A DNA stretch of 64,000 nucleotides. It comes from an uncultured Thermoleophilia bacterium. Lineage in GTDB: Bacteria > Actinomycetota > Thermoleophilia > UBA2241. Position 1 is the stretch's first letter. The number at the start of each line of letters is the position of its first letter. A model generated the notes under the pieces. It had not been told where the DNA came from. It saw only the letters and a program-made list of their open reading frames with translations, and did no database searches. The stretch is taken from the NCBI GenBank assembly GCA_963715985.1, contig CAVQSP010000011.1:160001-224000 (forward strand), read 5' to 3'. Shown here in pieces: positions 29,716-40,139 of the stretch. A program made the position numbers and the translations under genes.

Positions 29716-31755
29716 TCAGGCGCGCTGCATCGGCACACGGGCAGCCACCACGGTGCCACCGCCGACCCTGGCTCGAAACTCCATGCTGCCTCCAGCGAGA
29801 GCGGCCTGCTCCTCCATCATAGCCAACCCGAAGTGCTGAGAGTCACTCGGTACCGGTAGATCCATGCCGATGCCATCATCCGCCACCGAGAGCACAAGCC
29901 ATGCCGTATCATCACGGGTCTCATTTCGAAGCGAGACCCAAATGTTGCGGGCCGCAGCGTGCCGCAGCGCGTTCACGAGTGCCTGGCGGGCGATCCTGTA
30001 CAGCGCACTGAGTCTCTCCGGTTCGAGATCGGGAACTCCTTCGAGAGTGCAGTCGACGCGAGACGGTCCCTCGTGATCTGCCCGGGCCGCTAGGGCCCTC
30101 AGAGCCGCCCCGAAGCCGAGCTGCTCCAGCTGCGGCGGCCTCAGGTCGGATATGACGACCCGCGCATCGTCGATTGCGCTACGAAGCACGCTCAGAGGAT
30201 GCTCCATGCTCGCCGAAGCCTCCGGACCCAGCGAGCCGCGCAAACCTTCGAGCTCGTAGAGCACGCCAATCACCGACTGCAGAACGTCGTCGTGCAGTAT
30301 GGTAGCTGCCTCCCGACGCTCATGCTCACGCACCCGGGCGATCCGCTCGACCAGGCCCTCAATGCTGGCGCGACTCTCCGTGAGATCCTTGAAGAGCCTC
30401 GCATTGAAGATCGCCACGGCCGCCTGCTCAGCCACATCCTCGGCCAACGCAAGGTCATTCTGAGCAATGTGCCCCGGCGGCTCCGACGTAAAGAGCAGCA
30501 AAGACCCGACCAGTTCGTTCTGCGCGACCATGGGGAGCAGCACCGCTGATTCCATGTAGATCTTCGAGCGGAAGCCGGGGCTGATCTGCGCACTGTAGAT
30601 CAGTTCGTCAATCGCCAGCTCCAGGTATCCGCCGGCCAGTGACTTGACATCCTGGAAGCGAAGACGAAGGCCGACCAGTTCGTCGTCCGGCTCTGAGGAA
30701 GCCACGGCAACGAAGTCTCGGCTGTCCGAATCAAGCTCGAGAAGGAGGCAGCGACTGCCTGCTATCAGCCTCGTGGCGTTACGCGCGATCTGCTTGAACG
30801 TGTGGTCAAGGTCAAGACTCCTGGAGATGGCACGCGAGACTGCATATGCGGTCCCAAGGACTGCACTGCTCTGCTGGCTGCGCGCGGAGAGGTCTTCGAT
30901 GCGTGCAAAGACCCCAAGAAGTCGGGCGGCCGTAAGTAGACTCTGCCGCTGTTCCGTGGACAGACCACCGGGCACGCGCCGACTCATGGTGAGCACCCCG
31001 TTCACCGCGCCAGCCCACGAGGAGGGAACGAGGATGATCTGGCGCGCTCCGCGGCACGAGACGGCTCTCAACGCCTCGTCACCGCCGTTGTCGTATAGCT
31101 CGAGTATGCGATTGCCCTGTACAGGTCGATAGACCTCCCGGAGGAGGTCGATATCGGGGTAGGGAAAGCCTCGTTTCCTCGTCTTCCCGTAGGCCGCAAG
31201 CAGCTCCCCTCGCTGGCGGTCGGGCGTCAGAAAGAACCCGCCGGCTTCCATCCCGATACTTCGCATGATCCATGGCAGGCTGTCAGTTAGTCCTTCGCCC
31301 AGGTCCGAGCGCGCGCCAAGGAGATCCAGGAGCAAGTCCAGCAGTCCCGTACGCTCCTGGAGGGAGATTCTGTCCTGCAGATCCAAGCGACCGACGCTGG
31401 CTGCGGCAGGCTCAAGCACGAGGCGCCACGTTCCATCGTCGAGTGGACTGAGGGCTGCGAGGAGCATCACGCCGACGCCGGCCGGCCCACGCAGCGCGAA
31501 GCTGCCCGAGGAGGCCGCGCCAGCATCCAATGTGCGTGCAAGGAACTGACGCAGTGCGACAGACCAAGTTGCGACCTGATCGGTGATCAATCGATTGGGC
31601 TGGACAGGAGGCAGAGGCGGCACAATGCCTCGCACGGCCCGCACGACGCCGACTCCATCAAGCACGATCTCAAGCCGGCCGGACTTCGCGGAGGTGCTTC
31701 CCTGATCAGGCCGATCCTGGGTCGGGGGGAAGGGACTCTCTGACTCAGGGCTCAC
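29716..31755 (-). CDS. cytoplasmic GAF-domain sensor histidine kinase (HisKA_3 type)
   Basis: ERR..ILHDDVLQ, NALRHA, DDGIG, FGL..M, GGT; two GAF-like regions, no TM segments. Confidence 0.88.
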   Translation of the reverse strand: MSPESESPFPPTQDRPDQGSTSAKSGRLEIVLDGVGVVRAVRGIVPPLPPVQPNRLITDQVATWSVALRQFLARTLDAGAASSGSFALRGPAGVGVMLLAALSPLDDGTWRLVLEPAAASVGRLDLQDRISLQERTGLLDLLLDLLGARSDLGEGLTDSLPWIMRSIGMEAGGFFLTPDRQRGELLAAYGKTRKRGFPYPDIDLLREVYRPVQGNRILELYDNGGDEALRAVSCRGARQIILVPSSWAGAVNGVLTMSRRVPGGLSTEQRQSLLTAARLLGVFARIEDLSARSQQSSAVLGTAYAVSRAISRSLDLDHTFKQIARNATRLIAGSRCLLLELDSDSRDFVAVASSEPDDELVGLRLRFQDVKSLAGGYLELAIDELIYSAQISPGFRSKIYMESAVLLPMVAQNELVGSLLLFTSEPPGHIAQNDLALAEDVAEQAAVAIFNARLFKDLTESRASIEGLVERIARVREHERREAATILHDDVLQSVIGVLYELEGLRGSLGPEASASMEHPLSVLRSAIDDARVVISDLRPPQLEQLGFGAALRALAARADHEGPSRVDCTLEGVPDLEPERLSALYRIARQALVNALRHAAARNIWVSLRNETRDDTAWLVLSVADDGIGMDLPVPSDSQHFGLAMMEEQAALAGGSMEFRARVGGGTVVAARVPMQRA

Positions 31756-31821
31756 GGCACAGCCCCACCTGTGGGAATCGCAGTGAAACGCTTCCAATTG
31801 CGCAGCTACTCATCGCCGTCC

Positions 31822-32007
31822 TCAGGGAGACGCCGCACGTAGCGGCTCGAGTCCTGGTCGCAGGCGCCGGCACCACTTATGAGGACGGGCGGAATACCCC
31901 GCCAATCCTAGGCTCACCGTGCGGTCTCTGGGTGGCCGGCGCGCAAGGAGGATCCTGCCGCCCTTCCTCAGGATTGCCGCCGAAACGACGGTCACCGGCT
32001 CAGGCAT
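31822..32007 (-). pseudogene. N-terminal fragment of a NUDIX hydrolase
   Basis: VVSAAILRKGGRILLARRP resembles the MutT/NudG N-terminus; the Nudix box is missing. Confidence 0.45.
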
Positions 32008-32194
32008 GCCTTCGTTGCCATCGTGGCGCATCCGCAGTGGTATCAGCATGCGAGCAGCCTCATCGTCGCTTCTTCCGACGCCACTCTACTCGTTGGGCGC
32101 CTCCGGCTCGAGGATGACAATCAGAGGAAGTGCCTGCGGTCAGACGTCACAGGGAGGCAAGGCCATGCCCGAACCAGAATGCCGCACCTACTCG

Positions 32195-34184
32195 CCCGGG
32201 TTCCGCAGCTGTCCCCCCGATAGTCCACGAAACGTGGCGGTTTTGCAGGGCAAAAGCAGGCTGACGCGCGCAGGCGGCGTGTATCTATGCGCCGAGGGGG
32301 CGCGAAGCTCAGGATGATCGCCGGCGTGAGCTCGTGGAGGAGCGGTGGCACGGCGAGCTGCAGCTTGGCGAGGATGGCGCGCTGGGCAGGCGTGACCTCG
32401 GTGCGCTGGCGGAAGCTGCCGGCGGCGCCCCGGAAGCTGCCGAGCTGCAGCTTCTCGAGCTCGCGGCGCAGGTTGGGCCAGGTGTCCCCGCAGCTGGTCT
32501 CGGTGACGCGCACGAGGAGCAGGGCGAGCCAGCAGAGCACGACGTGGGCACGGATGCGGTCCTCCCGGCGGTGGTAGACGGGGCGCAGGTCGAGGACCTG
32601 CTTCATGTCGCGCCAACCGCGCTCGACCTCGCCGAGCTGTCTGTAGCCGAGGGCGATGTCCGCGGCCGAGAGCGTGGGGTCGGAGCAGCGCAGGAGCAAC
32701 TTGCCGTCGAACTGCTCCTCGGCCTTGACGGCCGCCTCGTCCACGCGCAGGAGGCCGCCCGGCGTGGTGCGCAGGAGGCGCGCGAGGCCGGGCTTGGTGC
32801 CGATCGCGCCGCGCAGCTCGGCGCGCTTCGTGGGCGTGAGCTCGTCGGAGCCGGCGATCGTCTCGGCAAGGCGCGCGAGCAGGCGCGCGCGCACCGCGGC
32901 GTCGCGCTCCGCGGCCTCCGGGTTGTGGCAGACGACGAAGCGCTCGTGCGCGCTGACGCGCACCTCCTTGACGCGTAGGCCTCCCGCGACCTCCTGGTAG
33001 CGGCCCGCGCGTGCGAGGGCGGCCTCGGCCTCGGCTGAGCCCGAGCGCAGCTTCTCGGCCATGATGTAGTGCTCGTCCCCGCGGCGCAGGTGGCGGCGGT
33101 TCTTCTCGCGAGGCGAAGCCGCGGTCGGCGACCCAGACGATGCGCGAGAGCGTCCAGTCACGGAGGTCGTCTTTGACCTGGCGGATGAGGGCCGAGTCGG
33201 AGGTGCTGCCGGGCCAGCGACCAGACGCGCACGGGGATGCCCTCACGGGTCACGGCCATGCCGACGACCACCTGGGGCAGGTCGGGGCGGTGGTCCTTGG
33301 AGTGGCCGTAGCTGCGGAAGCCGGCGCGGCGCACGGCCTCCTGCTCGGTCCCGGCGACCAGCAGCTCGCCCGCGTTCGTCGCGGGCCACGGGTTCGTCGG
33401 CCTCGTCGCGCTCGAAGTAGGTCGAGGTGGTGTCGAAGAAGAGCAGGTCGACCTCGAGGCTGAGGAGGCTGGCGACGGCGTGGAAGACCTCCCTCTCGAG
33501 CGTCGCCCTGGACCTCGAAGCAGCCAGTCCATGGCGCGGTAGCAGGCGTCGTCGGTGGTGGCCGGGAGAGCTTCGATGCAGGCGTCCTCGCAGGCCCAGC
33601 GCGCGGCCGCGAGCTTCGAGGAGGGGGCCAGAGCACGATTGGCCGTGAGCGCGAAGAGCACGCGCTCGGCGGCGGCGTCGCGGCGCTTGCCGCCAGCAGT
33701 CGGCGCAGGGCCGCGTCGATCCCGAGCCGTCGCCAGAGGCCGTCGAGGGCGTAGCTGCCGCCGAGGGGACGCGCGCCGAGGAAGTCGAAGCCCTGCGGCG
33801 GCGGCGAAGAGGCTACCCTGGGGATCCTCGGGCGCGGATGAGAGGAAGCGCGCAGCGAGCCCGCGAGGCGCTCCAGCGCGGCCCGGCTCTCGGCGTCCTC
33901 GCGACCGAAGTTGTAGAGCACCTCGGTGCGCGAGCGCTTCTTCACGGGGTCCCAGGTGTTGTGCGCGAGCTGCAGGTAGCGGACGACCGTGCCGTCCTTG
34001 TTGCGCGCGCGGTGTGGTGCGCACGTACATGGACTAGACGTCCTCATGAAGTACGCGCTAAAGCCAGTACCCCAACCCTAGCCGTGTATCTATGCTTTTC
34101 GCGCCGTTTGACCAGGCCGAAACGCTGTGTGCAGGGGCTTCTCTTCAGACGTGGGCCAGAGGGGCGAATAGCTGCGGAACTCAG
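32195..34184 (-). mobile_element. IS1634-family insertion sequence
   Basis: Terminal IRs CCGGGTTCCGCAGCT (32196-32210) / AGCTGCGGAACTCAG (34170-34184), 13/15 match; ACTCG duplication at 32190-32194 and 34185-34189. Confidence 0.88.
32309..34030 (-). CDS. IS1634-family DDE transposase (several frameshifts)
   Basis: YLQLAHN, LLFFDTTSTYFE, GHSKDHRPDLPQVV, VADRG, VERGWRDMK..LRPVYHR..RIRAHV spread over several frames. Confidence 0.85.
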
Positions 34185-34484
34185 ACTCGGTCCGTGAAGC
34201 AGCCAGGGTGCTGGGCCTGAGCGAAGCTCACACCTACGCATGCATCTACCGCGGCGAGATTCCCGCTTTGCGATTCGGTCGGCGCATGGTGGTCCCGAAG
34301 GATGCACTGCACCAGCTGCTTGAGAACCCGAGCATGGTTCGGGGGATCTCTACACCCCCGCCCCGACCATAGTCAGGTCCCGCAGCCACAGGGCTACTGC
34401 TTTCCGCGCCGCTCAGACCTCAGTCGCCGGCCGGGCACGGATACCTGCGGACTGCCGCGGAACCCAAAGGGCCCGATCTGCGAA

Positions 34485-34544
34485 CTCGAAAACCGTCAAT
34501 CCGGCTAACCGGGTTCGGGGGTTCGAATCCCCCCCTCTCCGCCA
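34485..34544 (+). repeat. attR: duplicated 3' part of tRNA-Ser(CGA)
   Basis: Matches 19628-19687 except one T/C; lacks the tRNA 5' portion. Confidence 0.92.
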
Positions 34545-34996
34545 CTTCGCTCGCGCCCCCCGTGCCTCTTGGCGTGCCGGTGTCTTTCGTTGCCTTGGGT
34601 CGAGTGGCGGCTCGCTTGCCACTGCCGCCTCTCGGCTCGTCCGGGCCGTCAGGTCTCTCGGGCCGCCTGCTCCGTCTGGAGGGTTCCCCAGCCGTCATCA
34701 TCGTCTTCGTTCCGCAGCCTGTCGTTGACTTCCTCGGGTTGTGCGCACGGTGGGTCGAACTCGGCCCGCACTGTTTCGTTCTCGCTCGTGATGAGGGTCA
34801 CAGAGCGCCTCGGGTCGATCGATGAGCAGGGCGCGCGAGATCACCCCCGAGCGAGCCTACGACGACGCTGTCGTGGTAGCTGCACTCCCAGATCCTCTCG
34901 GGTGCCGCGACGTCCGCGTTGCGTCCTTGCCGCCGGCCCGACCCGCACCGTGACCTCGATCGGGACGGCACCACCCCGAACGATCGTCTAGGGGTG

Positions 34997-35024
34997 TACA
35001 GAAAGGCCGGGCAGCTGCCGATGA
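34997..35024 (+). promoter_or_regulatory. possible sigma-28 (FliA/WhiG)-type promoter
   Basis: TACA-N16-GCCGATGA versus consensus TAAA-N15-GCCGATAA, upstream of the secreted-protein cluster. Confidence 0.3.
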
Positions 35025-35092
35025 CATGCCACGTACCGGCGCGGGACCGGATTCTCCGTTCCGTCGTCATCGCAGCGTGTAAGGAGACAGGG

Positions 35093-35611
35093 ATGCGTAA
35101 GCACTTGATCATCATGGGGCTGACGGCGGTGTTGTCGTTCGCGTTCGCCGCCCCGGCGTTGGCCGACACCCAGGCCACCGTGAACGCCCAGGTCACCGCC
35201 CAAGTGGTGTCCATCCAGCTGACCAGCGGCAGCAACCTGGACTTCGGCCAGCAGCCAATGGGCGCAAGCGGCGTGGGGCCCATCGACGGGTCTGTGGTCA
35301 CCATCTACAACAACGGCAGCCAGGGAGCGTCCCTGAACCTTCAGGGCAGCGATGCCACGAACGGCGGCATGCCCGGAAACACCTGGTCGCTGAGCAACAT
35401 GGGCGGCATGCCCGGCCCGGATACGTTCTCCTGGGCACTGTCCCCGCAATGGGGAGGCATGTTCACATACTTCTACCGGGACTACGCCAGCTACATGATG
35501 TGGCTGGGCCAAGGTGAGAGCGTGGCCTGCAATCCCTACCTGTACATGCCCACGTCGACGATGTCTGGGGGCACGTACTCCTGGACCGGGACGATCATCG
35601 CCAGCATGTGA
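35093..35611 (+). CDS. secreted beta-rich WxL/pilin-like subunit
   Basis: AAGGAG RBS; Sec signal (APALA), N-terminal beta strand, LDFG, WSL and C-terminal GTYSWTGTIIAS. Confidence 0.6.
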   Translation: MRKHLIIMGLTAVLSFAFAAPALADTQATVNAQVTAQVVSIQLTSGSNLDFGQQPMGASGVGPIDGSVVTIYNNGSQGASLNLQGSDATNGGMPGNTWSLSNMGGMPGPDTFSWALSPQWGGMFTYFYRDYASYMMWLGQGESVACNPYLYMPTSTMSGGTYSWTGTIIASM

Positions 35612-35713
35612 CCATGATGCAGGTGAGGAAGGCCTGCCGACGAAGACCCAACGCGGTAGCACCGGGGCGACGCATGCCCCGGCGTCGGTCCTGCCCGGAG
35701 AAGTGGTCAGCGC

Positions 35714-36375
35714 ATGCGCACGAGCTGGAAGGAACGGATAGGCGCGCCGCTGGTGGCGTTGGCGCTGTCGTTGGCTTGCGCCACGGCCGCTACGCCGGCC
35801 GCGACGCCAGACGCCACGCCGGTCTCCTCGCCTACCTCCTCGCCAGACGCCACACTGTCCGCCTCGCCGGTCGCCACGTTGTCCTCCTCGCCGGCCGCCT
35901 CGCCGGCCGCCACGCCGTCCGCCTCACCTGCGTCCTCGCCGGCCGCCACGCCTGCCACGGAGGATCCGGGTGGTGGGGGCGTGGTGTGCATCCGCTCTGC
36001 ATCGCGGCGCCACGTCTCGACCCGCTGCAGACCGCGAACGGGCGTGCCGGTCAATGCGGCGGTCACCATCTACAACGACGGCGACCAGGCAGTCGTCCTC
36101 AACCTCCTCGGCAGCGATGCCACCAACGCCGAGCCTCCGTACAACACGTGGGCGCTGAGCACGCAAGCAGGCCCGGACATGTTCGCCTGGGGACTTGCGA
36201 TACAGGAGGGGGGAGGCGTGACCGCGCACTTCACCCGGGGTTCCGCCAGCTTCATGAGAGGTCTTCCCGCCGGTCAGAGCGCGACCTGCTGGCCCCTCCT
36301 CTTCATGCCGAGTCGACGTCGCACGCGGGTACCTACGCGTGGAGCGGGACGATCATCGCGAGCGCCGGGCCGTGA
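35714..36375 (+). CDS. paralogous secreted subunit with Pro/Ala/Ser/Thr-rich linker (frameshifted)
   Basis: Shares VTIYN.G, LNL.GSDATN, NTW.LS, GPD.F.W, G.S..C.P.L.MP and GTY.W.GTIIAS with the upstream gene. Confidence 0.62.
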
Positions 36376-36477
36376 CCAGAAGACGGCGACCCGTCGGCCT
36401 CGGCAGGCTCGCGGGGGCGGGCGTCCCGGTCGGAACGCTCGCCGCGTGGAGAGAGCGGCCGTGAGCACCGCGGCACG

Positions 36478-37151
36478 ATGAGCGCGAAGAGAGGCGACAA
36501 GAGCGCCGCAGCGCCCGGACGCAGGCGGGTCCCGCGCTTCTCGCATCTCCTTCTCGCCCTGCTCGCCGTCGCCGTCATCGCCCTTACGGCTGCGCTGCTG
36601 CTCACGACGCGACGACAAGACGAGCGGGTGGCGGGTCTTCAGGAGCGGCTCGGCGAGCTCGCCGATCAGACGGGCCTCCTCGCTGCCCAGCTTGCGGCAG
36701 CACCACCCAAAGGGACGGTCGCCGGCAAAGGCAAGGACCACGTCGCCGTGGCAGACAGCGGAGACGAGACGACGAGCGGGGATCGCCTGTTCGCGCGCAT
36801 CACCGGCGTGAAGGAACAGGCGTACGGCTGGGAGCTGACCACGCGGCCGGCCCAGTACTTCACAGGTGATGCCGCCTTCTCGCTCGCCACGTCTCGCGGC
36901 GAGCTCCCCCGTCACGGCGTGTACATCCTCGACGATTCGGAGACGACCTGACCGTACGGATGGTGAAGGCGACCCAGTGACTCTGACGGGATGGAGCAGT
37001 CGGCAGGGCACATCGGCCAAACGCTCGGCGGCGGACCTCGCCGCAGTGGTCACCGGCGGTGCGACGCGCAGAAGCCTGGAAGAACGGATGGTATTGGCTG
37101 GATGTGCGAGACCGCGTCGTCGTCGAGGTCGTACAACAGGAGGTCAAGTAG
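36478..37151 (+). CDS. membrane-anchored extracellular protein (frameshifted)
   Basis: N-terminal TM and coiled coil; AQYFTGDAA..YILD; C-terminus WYWLDVRDRVVVEVVQQEVK in another frame. Confidence 0.5.
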
Positions 37152-37173
37152 AGAGAGTCTCCCTCGGTCTCCT

Positions 37174-37869
37174 GTGCGACGCGCCCTTCTCGCCTGTGCG
37201 CTGACCGCGCTCGTCGCGGCGCTTCTGCTGTCTTTCGGCGTTGCGTCAGCCAACGCAACGTTAGGCGTGGGTACCGACACCGGCAAGATCCGGCTCACGG
37301 AGGATCTGAGGGCCGGGGCGAGCTACCGCCTCCCGACCTTCAGGATCATCAACACCGGCACTGAGCCGGTCGGATACGTGATGAAGGTGGTGGGGGTAGC
37401 CGGAAGGCAGATCGCGGACGCCTCCTGGTTCGCGTTCGAGCCGAAGACCTTCTACCTCCATCCCAACGAGGAGCGCAGTGTGTCCGTCACCGTGCGCCTG
37501 CCGAGTGGCGCCGCGCCGGAGGAGTACGAGGCGATCCTCGCGGCCGTCCCGACGGTGCCCGGCAAGGGGAGCGGCGCGCATATAGACGTGGGTGTCGGCC
37601 CCCGCCTGATCATGACGGTGAAGTCCGCGGGCTTCTTCCGAGCGCTGTACTTCGCGGTGACCCGGTGGTTCGCCGACCATCAGCTCTGGTCCAGCGTCGC
37701 CGCCGCACTGGTCGTGGCCGGGCTGGCAGCAGGCGTGTGGTGGATCTTCTTGAGGCGTCGCCCTCGCCGGTCGAGCGAGCCGCCGTACGAGACGGCTGAG
37801 CCGGGTCTCGCACGTCGATCCCGCCCACACGGATTCGGCGGACGGACCCAGTGGAGTCCACTTGGCTGA
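37174..37869 (+). CDS. DUF916-like Ig-fold protein with C-terminal TM anchor
   Basis: Signal peptide (ANA), INTG, WFAFEP..F.L.P.E..SVSVTV.LP..A.P..Y; C-terminal TM plus RRR tail. Confidence 0.55.
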   Translation: MRRALLACALTALVAALLLSFGVASANATLGVGTDTGKIRLTEDLRAGASYRLPTFRIINTGTEPVGYVMKVVGVAGRQIADASWFAFEPKTFYLHPNEERSVSVTVRLPSGAAPEEYEAILAAVPTVPGKGSGAHIDVGVGPRLIMTVKSAGFFRALYFAVTRWFADHQLWSSVAAALVVAGLAAGVWWIFLRRRPRRSSEPPYETAEPGLARRSRPHGFGGRTQWSPLG

Positions 37870-38189
37870 ATCGGACACCTCGCGCGGAGCAAATGACGAT
37901 GGCCTCGCCACCGAACCTGGAGCTACTCACACCGTCGAGCCAGGGATCGGACCCCCGAGCACCGCAGGCAGCCCGGACGGTAGGGCGCCCTGGTCCAGGG
38001 ATTCGTCGCCGGCGTGACACCGGGGAACCCCGACGAGGCGGAGTTCTCGGACGCGCTGCCGGGTTGCCTCCGCCGCAGCACTGACTTCCGAGCACGCGGC
38101 GCTCGGGACGGCGAGACCCCGTCGAAGAGGCTCACGCTGTCAACGAGGTGAGTGCGCGGTACCCCGGCGACGGCTTGATCCAACTCGCT

Positions 38190-38439
38190 CGGCTTGTTCT
38201 GGACGCTGCTCCACTCCGACTCCGCTACTTCAAGGACGACGTCGCCACAGAGGTCATGAGGGGCGGAGGATTGCAGGCCACGAAGCTGGGCAGCGACGAC
38301 GTCTAGGTGAACGCCGACCCGCACGGCGCGCTTCACCCGCACCCCCAAGAAGGGCACCCACCCGTCGCACGTATACGCCACCGACCTGGCCGGCGGCACG
38401 CAAGCCAACGTGGCCAAGGCTAGGCTCACGGTGAAGTGA
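38190..38439 (+). pseudogene. decayed C-terminal fragment of a secreted Ig-like protein
   Basis: ...KKGTHPSHVYATDLAGGTQANVAKARLTVK* with an internal stop and frameshift upstream. Confidence 0.35.
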
Positions 38440-40105
38440 CGCGATTCCCGGCAGCCGACCGCGGCCCGCCGAGCGCGCACCGGCAGACAGGACGGCCGAA
38501 GGGCCGCGGGCGCTCCCCGCGCCCACGCGCAGAAGCAGTGGTCAGACGCTCACGCGGCGCGACTGAAGCACGCCTGCGCTCGTTCGGGAGGCCGTGCATC
38601 CCTCCGGAAGTGCCTTCTCGGAGGACGTACCTGACCCACGTAGCGGGGACGCCGGAGGAGCCGGTGTCACACTCGGGCAGTTCGGCCGTCGCGGCGGCCA
38701 GGAGATCGGCAACTCGGTCCAGGACATCCGGATCCACCGCAAGGGGCCGGTGTTCGGCCAGCAGCTCGACCACGGCGCGTTTGGCCGATTCGCCTTCGCT
38801 GGGCGCCCCCTTCTGGACATCCATGTAAGAGGTACGCCGCAGGAGGTCCGGTCGCCAGTGAGCGCCGGCTCTGATGCCGGTTCGCGTCTCCTTCAGGGCC
38901 AGATAGTGCCCGCCGGGGCCGACCCGGGAGACGGAATCGACTGAGACGCCGGCGTCGTCGACCGCGAACCCTCCGCCGACGTACTCGATGTAGCTCACGA
39001 TCTCGGCGTCGAGCAGCATCTTCGGCAGCGACACGGCCTGGCCGCCCTCGAGCGTGCCCAGGCCGGTCATGATGTCCGGCCTCCCCAGCCGTGTGAACAA
39101 GCCGAGGGCCATGTCTTCCATCCCGCCGCGGAAGCTCAATTCGCTCGCATCCGTCACGTATCCGACGCTCAGCGCGGGCATGCCGTACGAATGCGCCAGC
39201 TCGGTCTGCGCGACGTTCATCAGGAGGCTCTCCGGTGTGGAGACGGCGATGCGGGAGGTCCTCATGTCCATGATGCTCGCGTTGGCGGAGTAGATCAGAG
39301 GGCAGCCCGGAGCCACGAGCTGCAACAGTACGACCGCACTCAGCACGTCGCAGTTGGTCTGCATGATCGTCCCGGCCAGCGAGACGGGCCCGGTCGCGCC
39401 GGCGAGCGCCAGGCTGAAGATGTCGATGGGCACGTGCTCCTTGGCGAGTGCCATCGCCGCCTCGAGCGCGGGGCCGTCGTGCTGCAGCGGCGCCACAGGG
39501 CAGTAGATGGCTGAGAAGATCGGGCGCGATCTGCTCCGTCCGGCGCCCTCGAACTGCCTCACGATGTCGAGGGCGTACGGCACTTCTTCCGGGCGCGTGA
39601 CCTGGCCCATGACGTGCTTCCCGGTGTTCTGGAGCATGCAGGCTGTCGCGGCCAGGTCGGAGAGCCCCGAAGGGACGCCGTCCGTCGGACTGATCGAGTA
39701 CCACACGATGCCGAAGGCCTCGAGGGCATCCGCGAGCCGCGTCACCATGGCAAGGTCGTCGAGCCGGGGTGCCCGATATGCACCCGAGTCCAGGTCGACC
39801 ACGAAGGGACAGATGCCGGCGACGGTCGCGAACGTGCGCATGCCGTCCAGCAGCGCGTCTCGCTGCGGGTCGCGGCCGGCGAGCAGCACGTCCCGCGGCA
39901 CCCCGGACAGGGCCCACTCCACGAGTGGCCGGGGAATGCGCACGAGGCCGGTCTCGTGATCCACCGCACAGCCGGCATCCTGCAGCACCGACCTCGCCGC
40001 GGCACTCTGAAACCGTACTCCGACGCTCTCGAGAACGTGAAGCGAGCGATCGTGGATGAAGTCACGGTCGGCGATGTCGAGGATCGAGATGCGCGGAGAT
40101 GGCAT
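38426..40105 (-). CDS. trimethylamine methyltransferase (MttB) superfamily protein, non-pyrrolysine
   Basis: LESVGV, GATGPVSLAG, PGCPLIY, MDMRT, TPE, YGMP, VGPGGHYL; Val at the Pyl position; true 3' end probably nearer 38670. Confidence 0.9.
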   Translation of the reverse strand: MPSPRISILDIADRDFIHDRSLHVLESVGVRFQSAAARSVLQDAGCAVDHETGLVRIPRPLVEWALSGVPRDVLLAGRDPQRDALLDGMRTFATVAGICPFVVDLDSGAYRAPRLDDLAMVTRLADALEAFGIVWYSISPTDGVPSGLSDLAATACMLQNTGKHVMGQVTRPEEVPYALDIVRQFEGAGRSRSRPIFSAIYCPVAPLQHDGPALEAAMALAKEHVPIDIFSLALAGATGPVSLAGTIMQTNCDVLSAVVLLQLVAPGCPLIYSANASIMDMRTSRIAVSTPESLLMNVAQTELAHSYGMPALSVGYVTDASELSFRGGMEDMALGLFTRLGRPDIMTGLGTLEGGQAVSLPKMLLDAEIVSYIEYVGGGFAVDDAGVSVDSVSRVGPGGHYLALKETRTGIRAGAHWRPDLLRRTSYMDVQKGAPSEGESAKRAVVELLAEHRPLAVDPDVLDRVADLLAAATAELPECDTGSSGVPATWVRYVLREGTSGGMHGLPNERRRASVAPRERLTTASARGRGERPRPFGRPVCRCALGGPRSAAGNRVTSP

Positions 40106-40139
40106 GCGAGTCTCCCTGGAAGATTCGAACGGGCGCGTG

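Larger units (their letters stand above)
32165..34372 (+). pseudogene. excisionase (HTH_17) interrupted by an IS1634-family element
   Basis: Removing the IS and one ACTCG copy gives MPEPECRTYSVREAARVLGLSEAHTYACIYRGEIPALRFGRRMVVPKDALHQLL...; GGAGG RBS before ATG 32165. Confidence 0.85.

Noticed and set aside
34485-34544. Third tRNA-Ser gene
   Set aside because: Lacks the 5' acceptor strand and D-arm; it is the att duplication.
35780-35960. Tandem repeats as a possible array
   Set aside because: They are coding repeats (SPAAT-like linker) within a secreted protein.
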